From NCBI GenBank assembly GCA_963812505.1, contig CAWEVM010000015.1, forward strand, positions 288,293 through 352,292: DNA of 64,000 bases, given 5' to 3'. Every line of letters starts with the position of its first letter. Within the stretch, counting starts at the first letter, position 1. Position numbers and translations under genes: made by a program. Under the pieces are notes generated by a model. It was not told where the DNA came from. It was given only the letters and a program-made list of their open reading frames with translations, and made no database searches. The stretch comes from an uncultured Alphaproteobacteria bacterium. GTDB lineage: Bacteria; Pseudomonadota; Alphaproteobacteria; Acetobacterales; Acetobacteraceae. Positions 1-9,419 of the stretch are shown piece by piece.

Positions 1-755
1 GTCGAACCAATGCGCCAGCGCAGCACATCGGCCGTCGACACGCGGCGGCTTTCAACCACAGCGCGCAGTGCTACCTTCGCATGCGGCAGTTCCGAGCGTA
101 GATGCGCCTGCCATGCGGCATCCCCGCCGGGCTTGCGATCCGAGATGTCCTGCGCGAGGCGATCCTTCACCGGATCAAGCGTCGCCAGTGGGATCATGAA
201 ATCGACGAAGCCACGATAGCTCGACACGGCCACCTCAGCGCGGAACGCGACAGCCGCAGCTGACGGCTTGGCGATCGCTGCGTTGGCAGGTGCAGTCTCG
301 GTACGTTCCAGCAGGCATTCCACCCGACCGACCGGCTCGAAGGCACGACCGAGATCGCGCGCAAGCACATCCGTTACCAGCCGCTCCACGACCGCCCGCT
401 CGATCGCGGTGCAAGGCCGGGAGAGACCCTCCTGCGTCTGGTTGCGACGGCCGCCCAGCAACAAGCCGATTGCCGCACCCATCAGGCCAGCATCAAGCGC
501 GGCGAGGCAGTGCCCGTCCCACGGCTCTATGCGAATCACAGCGATCACGCATGGTGCAGGCAAACCGGCGAGGTAGTCGTGGACGCGCATGGCACGGGGC
601 CGTTCGACGGTGACCTCGGCTTCCCCGCCGGAAATCGACCGAAGACTGGCTGACATGTGCTGTGCCAGTCGCTCCACCACGATGCGAAGCGCCGGCAGGC
701 GCTCGATTGCTGGCATCGCCTCAGTGATCAGCGCATTGATCTCCGCAGCTGTCAT
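1..755 (-). CDS. fliM: Flagellar motor switch protein FliM, N-terminal ~251 aa; the 3' end runs off the left edge
   Basis: Manual minus-strand translation from ATG at 755-753, which overlaps the fliL stop as ATGA: MTAAEINALITEAMPAIERLPALRIVVERLAQHMSASLRS...IEPWDGHCLAALDAGLMGAAIGLLLGGRRNQ.... It has an EI(D/N)AL-type N-terminus and the FliM middle-domain GG region. It is absent from the ORF track because no stop lies in the window. Confidence 0.8.
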   Translation of the reverse strand, partial: MTAAEINALITEAMPAIERLPALRIVVERLAQHMSASLRSISGGEAEVTVERPRAMRVHDYLAGLPAPCVIAVIRIEPWDGHCLAALDAGLMGAAIGLLLGGRRNQTQEGLSRPCTAIERAVVERLVTDVLARDLGRAFEPVGRVECLLERTETAPANAAIAKPSAAAVAFRAEVAVSSYRGFVDFMIPLATLDPVKDRLAQDISDRKPGGDAAWQAHLRSELPHAKVALRAVVESRRVSTADVLRWRIGS

Positions 756-1279
756 GCCAGGACCAGACCGGTGATCAGCACGTCGGCCACCACGCCCGGG
801 CCGAGCACGAGGTTCAGCCGCCGGTAGAGGTCCGCCCGTAACCGGTCGATCGCTAGCCCGCCGTCCAGTTCTCCATCCCGCAGCGTGCGCAGGTAGGTCA
901 GCAAAGCGTCATAGACCCGCGGAGACAGTATCTGGCTCGCTGGCATGTCAGCCGAGCTTTTCGCAAGCTCGATCGACATCCGGATTCGCATCTGCCTCCC
1001 ACGGCCCCCGTTCGGCAACGTCACGGCCATCTCAGGCAGGTCGACGAACACCGGGCCAGCAGTTGCCGTCGGAGCCGGCCTTGCCTTGTTGCCAATTAGG
1101 CTCTGAACAGTCTGGCCGACCTGCGGCACGAATAGGTAGGTCGCGCCGCCGCCCGCGAGCAAAACCACTATCCCCGCCGCGGCCAATAGCAACCCACGGC
1201 GCTTTTTCCGACGAGGCGCTGGCGCATTCTCAGCCGGCGCGTCGTGGCCCTGTACCTCATCCCGCCCGGCTTCTGCCAC
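752..1279 (-). CDS. fliL: Flagellar basal-body-associated protein FliL
   Basis: 175 aa with a basic N-terminus, a single TM (LLLAAAGIVVLLAGGGATYLF) and a FliL-like C-terminus (VFVDLPEMAVTLPNGGRGRQMRIRMSIEL...DLYRRLNLVLG). Translationally coupled to fliM. Confidence 0.85.
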   Translation of the reverse strand: MAEAGRDEVQGHDAPAENAPAPRRKKRRGLLLAAAGIVVLLAGGGATYLFVPQVGQTVQSLIGNKARPAPTATAGPVFVDLPEMAVTLPNGGRGRQMRIRMSIELAKSSADMPASQILSPRVYDALLTYLRTLRDGELDGGLAIDRLRADLYRRLNLVLGPGVVADVLITGLVLA

Positions 1280-1294
1280 GGCATCGGCTCCCGT

Positions 1295-1435
1295 CTCGAA
1301 AGTTCGCGCTCAGCAGGCAATCTTTTCGCAAAACCATCTGCTGGCGTTTCGCTATAGACGGCTTAGCGAAAATACGCTAGAGGAAATTTCGCAGAAGGGA
1401 GCGCCAGAAGGCGGCTCATGGAGCATTTCGCCAGC
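1295..1435. promoter_or_regulatory. fliL/fliF divergent control region carrying a phased TTCGC/GCGAAA motif array
   Basis: TTCGC at 1303-1307, 1325-1329, 1348-1352, 1388-1392 and 1427-1431. Inverted GCGAA at 1366-1370. The first three copies are spaced 22-23 nt. Confidence 0.4.
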
Positions 1436-2968
1436 CTCAAGGCCACGTTGGCACGACTGGAATCTGCGAAACTCGCAGGTCTCGGAGGCGTGGCGCTGGT
1501 TATGCTGGTGCTGCTCGGTTGGGTGGCGACCAGGTCCACCGAGCCGATGGCTCTCTTGTACTCGGGGCTTGATCCGGCTGAGGGAGGCCGCATTGGCCAG
1601 CGCCTCGATGAATTGAAGATCCCTTACGAAGCAATTGGCAGCGGCGACACCATCAAGGTGCCCGCCTCCCAGGTGGCGCGGATTCGCATGGAGCTGGCCG
1701 CCAACGGCCTCCCGCACCAGGCGGGCGCAGGATACGAGCTGTTGGACTCGCAGTCGCCGATGAACATGACCTCGTTCATGCAGCGTGTGCAGCGGGTACG
1801 CGCGCTGGAGGGCGAGCTGGCGCGCACGATCCTGACGCTGGACGGGATCAGAACCGCTCGGGTCCACATAGTATTGCCGGAGCGCGAGAGCTTTTCGCGC
1901 GACGCGCCGCAGCCCACCGCCTCGGTCGCCATCACCATGGCAGGCGCAGAGCGGATCAGCGCACGCCAGGCCGCCGCGATCCGCCTGCTGGTCGCCGGGG
2001 CGGTGCCACGGCTGCACCAGGAACAAGTGTCGGTGGTTGACCCGTCTGGCGTCGTGCTGGCCGCCGATGGATCGGACGCGATGGCCAGCAATCGGCTGGA
2101 CGAGATCAAGACCAGCCGCGAGCAGGCGCTGCAGCGCGCCGCCACGGACCTGCTGGAGCCCCTGATCGGCCGCGGCAGGGTGCGGGTGGCGGTATCGGTC
2201 GATGTCGACCCGACACGCGAGGTGGCGCGGGAAGAGAAATTCGATCCGCTGTCGCAGGTCGAGCGCTCGAAGCAGAGCCAGGTCGACAAGGATAATTCGG
2301 ACGAGACCAAACCCCGCGACCCGGTCTCGGTCGGACAGAATCTGCCGAACCAGCAGCAGCAGGGCGGCACGGGGAAGACCACCACATCCAGCACGCACGA
2401 CGGTCAGACCGTCAATTACGAGCTGAATTCCACCCATAGCGAGCGCGTTCGCGAGCCTGGCGAAATCAGGCAAATCGCCGTCGCCGCAGTGGTGGACGGC
2501 ACGATAAGCGACAAGGGAGAATATCAGCCCCGCTCCAAGGAAGAGATGGACCGGATCGCCGCACTCGTGCGCTCGGCTGTCGGGTTTGATGCGAAACGCG
2601 GCGACACGGTGACGGTCGAGACGATGCGCTTCGTTGCGCCACCGGAGCTGACGGCGGACGCCACGGAGCAAACTGCACCTGCGACGCAAGACTGGCCGTT
2701 GCTGGCTGGCGCAGCCGTCGTCGTCATTGTCGCGGCTGCCGCATTCCTGTTTTTCCGCCGCCGTCGGCTCCCTGCTATGGCCCCGCCGGTGGCAGCGGAT
2801 GCGCCCACACCCGCTGTGAACGCATCTCCCGAGCCACTGCTTCTTGCCAGCGAGGAAACTTCGCCGCAGCGCCAGCTTATTGCTGCGCTGAACCATGTCG
2901 TCGACACCCGGCACGACGAGGCACTCGCGGTGCTGCGCGCGTGGATTGCCGAGGGCGAGGCCGCATGA
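1418..2968 (+). CDS. fliF: Flagellar M-ring protein FliF
   Basis: 516 aa with an N-terminal TM, the YscJ/FliF signature region (LLYSGLDPAEGGRIGQRLDELKIPYE...VRALEGELARTILTLDGIRTARVHIVLPE) and a C-terminal TM. Confidence 0.95.
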   Translation: MEHFASLKATLARLESAKLAGLGGVALVMLVLLGWVATRSTEPMALLYSGLDPAEGGRIGQRLDELKIPYEAIGSGDTIKVPASQVARIRMELAANGLPHQAGAGYELLDSQSPMNMTSFMQRVQRVRALEGELARTILTLDGIRTARVHIVLPERESFSRDAPQPTASVAITMAGAERISARQAAAIRLLVAGAVPRLHQEQVSVVDPSGVVLAADGSDAMASNRLDEIKTSREQALQRAATDLLEPLIGRGRVRVAVSVDVDPTREVAREEKFDPLSQVERSKQSQVDKDNSDETKPRDPVSVGQNLPNQQQQGGTGKTTTSSTHDGQTVNYELNSTHSERVREPGEIRQIAVAAVVDGTISDKGEYQPRSKEEMDRIAALVRSAVGFDAKRGDTVTVETMRFVAPPELTADATEQTAPATQDWPLLAGAAVVVIVAAAAFLFFRRRRLPAMAPPVAADAPTPAVNASPEPLLLASEETSPQRQLIAALNHVVDTRHDEALAVLRAWIAEGEAA

Positions 2969-3606
2969 TCCGCCGCTTCGTCCCTCCTGCGGTCGCCGCT
3001 TTCGGTGTCGGCCCCGACGCCGAATTGGCACAAACGCTGGCGCAGGCGCGCGATGACGGCTTCGCCGAAGGCCGCGAGGTTGGCCGGCGCGAGGGCCATT
3101 CGGCTGGACTGCACGAGGGCGAGGCGGCGGCCACCGCTGCCCATCAGATCGAGTTTGCGGCCTTGCAGGAAATATCTGCGAAACACCAGGCAACGCTGGC
3201 GGTGACCACAGCGCTGGAGCAGGTCCTCGATGCACGGTCCGCCGATCGTCAGACACTCGAGGACACCACCCGGATCGGCATCGTGGCTGTCCTGCGGGTG
3301 CTGTTCCCGACCCTGCTGGAACAGACGGCGGGGCAGGAGATCGCCGCCCTGCTGACCGAGGCGCTGACCGATCGTGCGCCCGAAACGCTGACGCTCCGGG
3401 CCCATCCTGACACGCTACGCGCCGTGGCGGAGCCGGATCCGACCCGTGGCCACGCCGCGCGACTCACGATGCAGCCCGATGCCACGCTGCCGTTTGGGAC
3501 GGCCGAGATCGCCTGGGTGGGCGGCGGCCTGACATTGGATCCGGCAGCGCTGCACGCACGCGTGGTCACTATCCTTGCCCCCAACGAAAAGGAACCAGCC
3601 ACATGA
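2965..3606 (+). CDS. FliH-like flagellar assembly/export protein (weak family call)
   Basis: ATG at 2965 overlaps the fliF stop (ATGA). The N-terminus is Ala/Glu/Gly-rich (ARDDGFAEGREVGRREGHSAG), as in alphaproteobacterial FliH. It sits between fliF and fliN. The ORF-track start at 2941 is probably too far upstream. Confidence 0.55.
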   Translation: MIRRFVPPAVAAFGVGPDAELAQTLAQARDDGFAEGREVGRREGHSAGLHEGEAAATAAHQIEFAALQEISAKHQATLAVTTALEQVLDARSADRQTLEDTTRIGIVAVLRVLFPTLLEQTAGQEIAALLTEALTDRAPETLTLRAHPDTLRAVAEPDPTRGHAARLTMQPDATLPFGTAEIAWVGGGLTLDPAALHARVVTILAPNEKEPAT

Positions 3607-3881
3607 GCGACGTCATTCCTCCCACCATCGCCGAGGACCGGCTCGCATCCGTCATGGACATTCCCGTGACCCTTACAGTTGTACTTGGTGAGCGGGAGAT
3701 CTCGCTGGGCAAGCTCTATGCTCTCGGCCGTGGCGCCGTCATCGAGCTCGACAAGCGCGTAGGCGAACCGGTCGACATCTTCGTCAATGATCGCCTCGTC
3801 GCGCGCGGCGAGATGCAGCTGGGGGAAGACGGCAGACTGGCCGTTTCGATGACGGAACTCGCTTCGGCGGGCACAACCTGA
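3603..3881 (+). CDS. fliN: Flagellar motor switch protein FliN
   Basis: 92 aa with a SpoA/FliN domain (IPVTLTVVLGEREISLGKLYALGRGAVIELDKRVGEPVDIFVNDRLVARGE). ATGA overlap with the upstream gene. Confidence 0.9.
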   Translation: MSDVIPPTIAEDRLASVMDIPVTLTVVLGEREISLGKLYALGRGAVIELDKRVGEPVDIFVNDRLVARGEMQLGEDGRLAVSMTELASAGTT

Positions 3882-4631
3882 ATGGCCCGTCGGCACCTTA
3901 TGGCATTCGCGACCAGTGTGGTCGCGTGGCTGCCAGCGAGCGCCATGGCGCAGAGCCTGTCGCTCAACCTGGGCGCCAACGGCAACGGCAGCCTCGCCTC
4001 GAGCCTTGTCAGCATCGTCGCCATCACCTCAGTGCTGGCGATCGCACCCGGCATCCTGGTTATGGGCACCTCGTTCACCCGGCTGGTGGTCGTGCTCTCC
4101 ATGCTGCGCACTGCTCTCGGCCTTCAGCAGACGCCGCCGAACTCTGTGATCATCGCCTTGGCGCTGTTCCTCACCGGCTTCATCATGGCGCCGGCATTCG
4201 AGACCGCCTATCGCGAAGCCGTGCAGCCGCTGGTCGATGGCACCATCACCGAGGAGCAGGCCCTCGACCGCGGCACGCAACCATTCCGCAACTTCATGAC
4301 GGCCAATACCAGCGCGAAGGACATCGTGCTGTTCCGGGACCTCGCAGGCCTGAAGGCTCCCGATGCACCGAAGGCCGGCGAAGAAGTGCCACTGCGCGTG
4401 TTGTGTTCGGCGTTTCTGGTCAGCGAGCTGTCGAAGGCATTCCAGATCGGCTTTCTGCTGTTCCTGCCTTTCTTGGTGATCGACATCGTCGTGTCCTCGA
4501 TTCTGATGGGCATGGGTATGATGATGCTGCCGCCTGTCGTGGTGAGCCTGCCGTTCAAGCTGATCTTCTTCGTTCTGGTCAGCGGCTGGGAAATGGTGGC
4601 TGGCTCGCTGGTGCGGAGTTTCGTGGCGTGA
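3882..4631 (+). CDS. fliP: Flagellar export apparatus protein FliP
   Basis: 249 aa with a signal peptide and FliP motifs (FTRLVVVLSMLRTALGLQQTPPNSVIIALALFLTGFIMAP...FLLFLPFLVIDIVVSSILMGMGMMMLPP). Confidence 0.95.
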   Translation: MARRHLMAFATSVVAWLPASAMAQSLSLNLGANGNGSLASSLVSIVAITSVLAIAPGILVMGTSFTRLVVVLSMLRTALGLQQTPPNSVIIALALFLTGFIMAPAFETAYREAVQPLVDGTITEEQALDRGTQPFRNFMTANTSAKDIVLFRDLAGLKAPDAPKAGEEVPLRVLCSAFLVSELSKAFQIGFLLFLPFLVIDIVVSSILMGMGMMMLPPVVVSLPFKLIFFVLVSGWEMVAGSLVRSFVA

Positions 4632-5671
4632 GCTCGACCGTTTCGCGTGCGGTGGTCCGCCGCGATGATGGTCCGCGGAGTCATGGGCCGCTGGAGAAGG
4701 CGGCGATCATCATGCTTGCCCTGGACGAAGAACGCTCGCAGCGCGTGTTCGCGGGGCTCGATGAAGCAGCGATTCGTCGCGTCAGCCACGCGATGGCGCG
4801 ACTGGGACGTACGCCGATGGAACTGGTCGAGCAGACAGTCGGCGAGTTCCGCGAGGAGGTCGGCCGCACCGGCAATGTACTCGGCACGGCCGAAGGCACC
4901 GAACGGATCCTGCTGCGCATCATGCCGCCCGAAAAGGTCGCCGAGATCATGGGCGACATCAAAGGGCCGGACAGCGGCGCTGTGTGGGACAGACTTGGCA
5001 AGTTACCAATCCCCGCGCTGGTGAACTACCTGCGCGACGAGTCGCCACAGGCTGTGGCGATGATCCTCGGCCGGTTGCCGCCGCAACACGCCGCGCGCGC
5101 CATGGCATCATTGCCGGAACCTCTCGCCGATGAGGTCGCGTTGCGCATGGTGCGAATGGAAAGCATCCATCACACGGTGCTGGCCGATATCGAGCAGACG
5201 CTGGAACGCGATCTGGTCGATTCATTCGGCGGCGCCGAAGGCCATGACAGCACATCGGTACTGGCAGACCTGCTCGACCGCTCCGATCGCGCGCTGGTAG
5301 CCCGTGTGCTGGCGGCGCTGGAGGAAGCTGAGCCGGAGGCGGCGGCCCGGATCCGCAAGATGATGTTTACATTCGACGACCTGGTCCGCGTCGACCCCGC
5401 AACGCTCGGCGTGTTGATCTCCGAATGTGCGGTGGAGAAGCTGGCCGTCGCGCTATCTGCGGCTGCACCAGCGATCCGCGAGCTGTTCCTGTCGGGCATG
5501 TCGGAACGCGCCGCCAACATGTTGCGCGACGAGATCGAGACAATGCCCACGCCACGAAAGAAGGCGGTGGAGGAAGCGCAGGCGGAGATCATCCAGCTCG
5601 CCAAGCGCCTTGCCGAAGAAGGGCGGATTTTCCTGCTCGAACATGGCGAGGAGCCAGACGATGCGACTTAG
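4628..5671 (+). CDS. fliG: Flagellar motor switch protein FliG
   Basis: GTG at 4628 overlaps the fliP stop (GTGA). It has an EHPQ-like motif (DESPQAVAMIL) and the MFxF motif (KMMFTFDDL). The 581-aa ORF-track entry 3926..5671 is this frame extended artefactually over fliP. Confidence 0.9.
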   Translation: MSSTVSRAVVRRDDGPRSHGPLEKAAIIMLALDEERSQRVFAGLDEAAIRRVSHAMARLGRTPMELVEQTVGEFREEVGRTGNVLGTAEGTERILLRIMPPEKVAEIMGDIKGPDSGAVWDRLGKLPIPALVNYLRDESPQAVAMILGRLPPQHAARAMASLPEPLADEVALRMVRMESIHHTVLADIEQTLERDLVDSFGGAEGHDSTSVLADLLDRSDRALVARVLAALEEAEPEAAARIRKMMFTFDDLVRVDPATLGVLISECAVEKLAVALSAAAPAIRELFLSGMSERAANMLRDEIETMPTPRKKAVEEAQAEIIQLAKRLAEEGRIFLLEHGEEPDDAT

Positions 5672-5746
5672 CCATACCGTCCTCCCCCTCCCCTCGCGGG
5701 ATGCGGCGAGGGTGAAGAGCCACCCCCGCAGTTACGTCGTTATTGT

Positions 5747-6619
5747 GTGTCAGACATGAGCGGGGGCAACGGACGCAGTCGACGTGGCGGGCACGCAGAC
5801 GAAGCGGCACACGGCGGGCAGTGGAAGGTGGCCTACGCCGACTTCGTGACGGCGATGATGGCGTTCTTTCTAATCATGTGGCTGGTATCGTCCGCAACCG
5901 AGACGCAGCGCGCCGTCATCGCGAAATACTTCAGTACCACGTCGCTGATCGACCTGCCCGCCGGCAACGGCGTGCTGAACGGCGGCAAGTCGATGATTGA
6001 CCAGGCGATGCAGAAAGCCGAACGGCTCGCTCCCAAGGGGCGCAATGGCGATCCGCACGCACGCGACAACACCCAGACGACGACGTCACCCGATGCGCGC
6101 GCCGTCCAGGACCGCCTGGAGCGCCAGCGCTTCGAGGCGTTGAAGGCCGAACTGGAACGCATGATTCGGCAGGGCGAGCTGCGAGATCTCGCCAACAATC
6201 TCTCAATTGAGATGACCCCGGAGGGACTGCGCATCCAGATTTTCGATCGCGACGGCAAGTCTATGTTCGCCCCGGGCAGTGCCGATCCGACATCGCGACT
6301 CTCGCGCATCCTCATGGTGATCAGCCAGGTGCTCCAGACCGTGCAGAACAAGGTGATCCTCGCCGGTCACACCGACGGCCAGATGATGCAGCGCGGCCTC
6401 TATACCAACTGGGAACTATCCGCCGACCGCGCCAATGCGGTGCGCCGCCAGCTCGAGGCCGATGGGCTGGCATCCAATCGCATAGTGCGCGTCGAAGGCC
6501 GCGCCGCAATGGATCTGCTTCTGCCGCAGACCCCCGCCGATCCACGCAACCGCCGTATCGCCGTCACCGTGCTGCGCGGAGAACCTGAAACTCCGTCGCA
6601 AGACAAATCGCCGACATAA
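5747..6619 (+). CDS. motB: Flagellar stator protein MotB (OmpA-like C-terminal domain)
   Basis: WKVAYADFVTAMMAFFLIMWL is a TM carrying the conserved Asp. The C-terminus is OmpA/MotB-type (LAGHTDGQ...NWELSADRANAVRRQL...NRRIAVTVL). Confidence 0.85.
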   Translation: MSDMSGGNGRSRRGGHADEAAHGGQWKVAYADFVTAMMAFFLIMWLVSSATETQRAVIAKYFSTTSLIDLPAGNGVLNGGKSMIDQAMQKAERLAPKGRNGDPHARDNTQTTTSPDARAVQDRLERQRFEALKAELERMIRQGELRDLANNLSIEMTPEGLRIQIFDRDGKSMFAPGSADPTSRLSRILMVISQVLQTVQNKVILAGHTDGQMMQRGLYTNWELSADRANAVRRQLEADGLASNRIVRVEGRAAMDLLLPQTPADPRNRRIAVTVLRGEPETPSQDKSPT

Positions 6620-6649
6620 CGACACCATGACCCGGAGACTTCGCACACC

Positions 6650-7966
6650 ATGAGCCTACTCACCGCCATCAACTCCTCCCTGGCTGGGCTCAATGCCCAG
6701 GCGGCCGCCCTGTCCAATATCTCGAACAACGTCGCGAACAGCTCCACTGTCGGCTACAAGGAAGCCGACACGCAATTCGAGAGCATGGTCCTCGCATCGA
6801 GTGCCAGCGGTTCAGGCTCCTCCGTACTGGCTGGCTCCCAGGCCCTCACCGAGATGGACATCAGCAAGGCCGGGCAAATTCAGACCACCGGTGTCGCGAC
6901 CGACGTTGCCGTGAACGGCGCCGGGTTCCTCGTGGTGAACGACAAGGTCAACAGCAGCCAGGGCAACTATCTGCTGACGCGGGCCGGATCGTTCCGACCC
7001 GACGCCAACGGCAACCTGGTCAACACCGGAGGTTACTATCTACAGGGATTGCCACTTACCCAGGCAGGCGCGCCGATCGGTGGGGCCGCCAACACACTGA
7101 ACGACCTCTCAACGGTGAACATTGCCAATTTGTCCGCGCAGGCCACACCCACCACGCAGATGACGTTCACCGCCAATCTGCCGAGTGCGGATACAGCCTA
7201 CTCTGCGGCACCTCCGGCGCCCTCGACCAGCACAGTGGAATACTTCGACCCGCTTGGCGCGACGCAGTCGCTGCAATATTCGTTTACGCCAACGGTGCCG
7301 GCCACCGCGGGAAGCCCGCCCAGCAACACCTGGACGATGAACGTCTTCGACTCCGCTTCGGCGACGCCCACCACTCCGGTCGGCACCGCAACGCTGGCGT
7401 TTGAGTCTACTGGTCCGAATGCCGGCATGCTGCAATCGGTGAACGCAACGGCGGGCACCTACAACGCCACCGCCGGTACGCTCACCATCACGACGGGGAG
7501 CGGCCAGGCACTGCCGATCACCATCGGCTCACCTGATACGCCCGGCGGCATGACACAGCTCGACGGCGCCTACACCACGTCGTCGATCAGCAAGAACGGC
7601 AACGCGTTTGGCCTGCTGCAAGGCGTCACCATCGGCAATGACGGTCAGGTAGTGGCCTCGTTCACCAACGGCTCGACGCGACCGATCTATCAGCTCGATC
7701 TTGCGACGGTGCCTGCCCCGGATTCGCTGACGCCGGTTTCGGGGGGCGCCTATGCGTTGTCGCCAGGAGCCGGCGTGCCACAGCTTTTCCAGGCAGGTCA
7801 GGGCCCCACTGGCACCACCGAAGGCGGTGCGCTCGAAGGCTCCAACGTCGATCTCGGAAGCGAGCTCACCAACCTCATCGAGACCCAGCGCGCCTACTCG
7901 TCCAACGCTCAGGTGATCAAGAGCGCGACGGATATGCTTGATGTGGTCAACCACCTGAACGGCTGA
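6650..7966 (+). CDS. flgE: Flagellar hook protein FlgE
   Basis: N-terminal rod/hook motif (GLNAQAAALSNISNNVANSSTVGYK) and C-terminal motif (SNVDLGSELTNLIETQRAYSSNAQVIKSATDMLD). Confidence 0.9.
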   Translation: MSLLTAINSSLAGLNAQAAALSNISNNVANSSTVGYKEADTQFESMVLASSASGSGSSVLAGSQALTEMDISKAGQIQTTGVATDVAVNGAGFLVVNDKVNSSQGNYLLTRAGSFRPDANGNLVNTGGYYLQGLPLTQAGAPIGGAANTLNDLSTVNIANLSAQATPTTQMTFTANLPSADTAYSAAPPAPSTSTVEYFDPLGATQSLQYSFTPTVPATAGSPPSNTWTMNVFDSASATPTTPVGTATLAFESTGPNAGMLQSVNATAGTYNATAGTLTITTGSGQALPITIGSPDTPGGMTQLDGAYTTSSISKNGNAFGLLQGVTIGNDGQVVASFTNGSTRPIYQLDLATVPAPDSLTPVSGGAYALSPGAGVPQLFQAGQGPTGTTEGGALEGSNVDLGSELTNLIETQRAYSSNAQVIKSATDMLDVVNHLNG

Positions 7967-9406
7967 TGTCTATTCAAGGAGCCATGCTGATCGCCGCCTC
8001 GTCGCTGGACATGTCCCAGAGACAGTCGGATCTGATCGCCAACAACGTGGCCAATGCGAGCACGCCGGGCTACGTGGATCGCGAATTGCCGCAGTCCGAA
8101 CTGGTGGCCGGCGGCGTCGGCATGGGCGTCGTCGCCGGCATCGTGCAGCGTCTCGGCGATGCGGTGGCAGCCGATGCCGCCAACCAGGCGACCGGCGCGC
8201 AGGCGTACAGCCAGCAGATGGTCAACGTACTCGGCTCCTACGTGCAGAACGTCGGCCAGCCGGCGGACAACAGTTCGTTGCCGTCGGTGCTGTCGGCGTT
8301 CCAGCAGGCACTGACCACACTGTCGTCCACTCCCGACAGTACGACAGCACAGGCGCAGACCGTTGCTGCGGCACAGAACGTGACCCGCACGTTCCAGAGC
8401 CTCGAACTCGGCGATCGCCGGCGCGCGCGAGCAGGCCGATCAGGGCATCGCCTCGAGCGTCACCTCGGTAAACGCAACGCTTGACCAGTTCGCGCAGAAC
8501 GAGGCCCAGCTCCAGCGAGCAGCGGCGCGCGGCGATTCGATCGCCCCGTTCGAGGATACGCGTGCCAACCTGCTGGCCAGTCTCTCGCAGAACCTGCCGA
8601 TCAAGGTGTTCCAGTCCGACAACAACGCCGTCATCGTGACCACCGATCAGGGCACGACGCTATGGGGCGGGACCGAGCACAAATTGACCTTCAACGCCTC
8701 ACCCAGCATCGGCGCGTCGCAGACCGCCGGCCTCTCGGCTGTCACGGTGGACGGGGCTCCGATCCAGATGTCGCAGACCGGCAGCATCGCCGCCAATCTG
8801 CAATTGCGCGACGTCACGTTGCCGGGTTTCGCCAATCAGCTCGATCAGATGGCTGGCAATCTCATCACCGCCTTCCAGCAGAATGACCCTTCAGTGACGG
8901 CAGGCCAGACCGGCGTTTTCACAGCGGCGGGCGCCGCACTTGATCCGACCGACCCCTCAGCGATCTCCGGCCTCGCCGGGAAAATTCAGGTCAATGCCGC
9001 GCTGGATCCCACACAGGGCGGCCAATACTGGCGTATCCGAGACGGCGCACAAGCCATCGCCCAGGGGCCTGCCGGCAACAACAGCACCGTGCTTGGCTTC
9101 GTCAATGCATTGCAGCAGCCTCAGTCATACGGCACATCCACTGGTCTGCCGGGGAGTATGACGCTCAGCAATGCCGCGTCGCAGATCGCAGGCGTGCAAC
9201 AAGTTGCGCTCTCCACGTGGACCGAAAACAACACCACCCGGACCCAGCAGATGCAGGATGCGCAGTCCACGCTTACCAACGCCACAGGCGTGAACGTGGA
9301 CGACGAGATGCAGCGGCTGCTCCTCGTACAGCACACCTTCGAGGCGAGCGCACAGGTGCTACAGGCGGCAGCGAAAATGCTCGACGCACTGAATGCGTTG
9401 AACTGA
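7966..9406 (+). pseudogene. flgK: Hook-associated protein 1 FlgK, interrupted by an apparent +1 frameshift near 8384-8402 (genuine mutation or assembly error)
   Basis: Frame 1 (7966..8484) encodes the FlgK N-terminus (DLIANNVANASTPGYV) and then degenerates into ...QSLELGDRRRARAGRSGHRLERHLGKRNA*. Frame 2 is open from 8384 and reads SNSAIAGAREQADQGIASSVTSVNATLDQ... through to the canonical C-terminus DDEMQRLLLVQHTFEASAQVLQAAAKMLDALN. Confidence 0.8.
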
Positions 9407-9419
9407 CGGAGCGACGGCA

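Noticed and set aside
3926-4627. The N-terminal 234 codons of track ORF 3926..5671, and likewise the upstream extensions of track ORFs 28293..29120, 35048..35755, 38661..39380, 42001..43368, 52744..53949 and 49121..53311.
   Set aside because: The extensions overlap well-supported genes out of frame and translate to Arg/Pro/Ala-rich junk. Internal starts with an RBS or start-stop coupling give proteins that begin at the expected family N-termini.
5672-5746. A hairpin ccctcgc-N8-gcgaggg between fliG and motB, considered as an internal terminator or attenuator.
   Set aside because: It has only a 7-bp stem and no U-tract. It is too weak to call from sequence alone.
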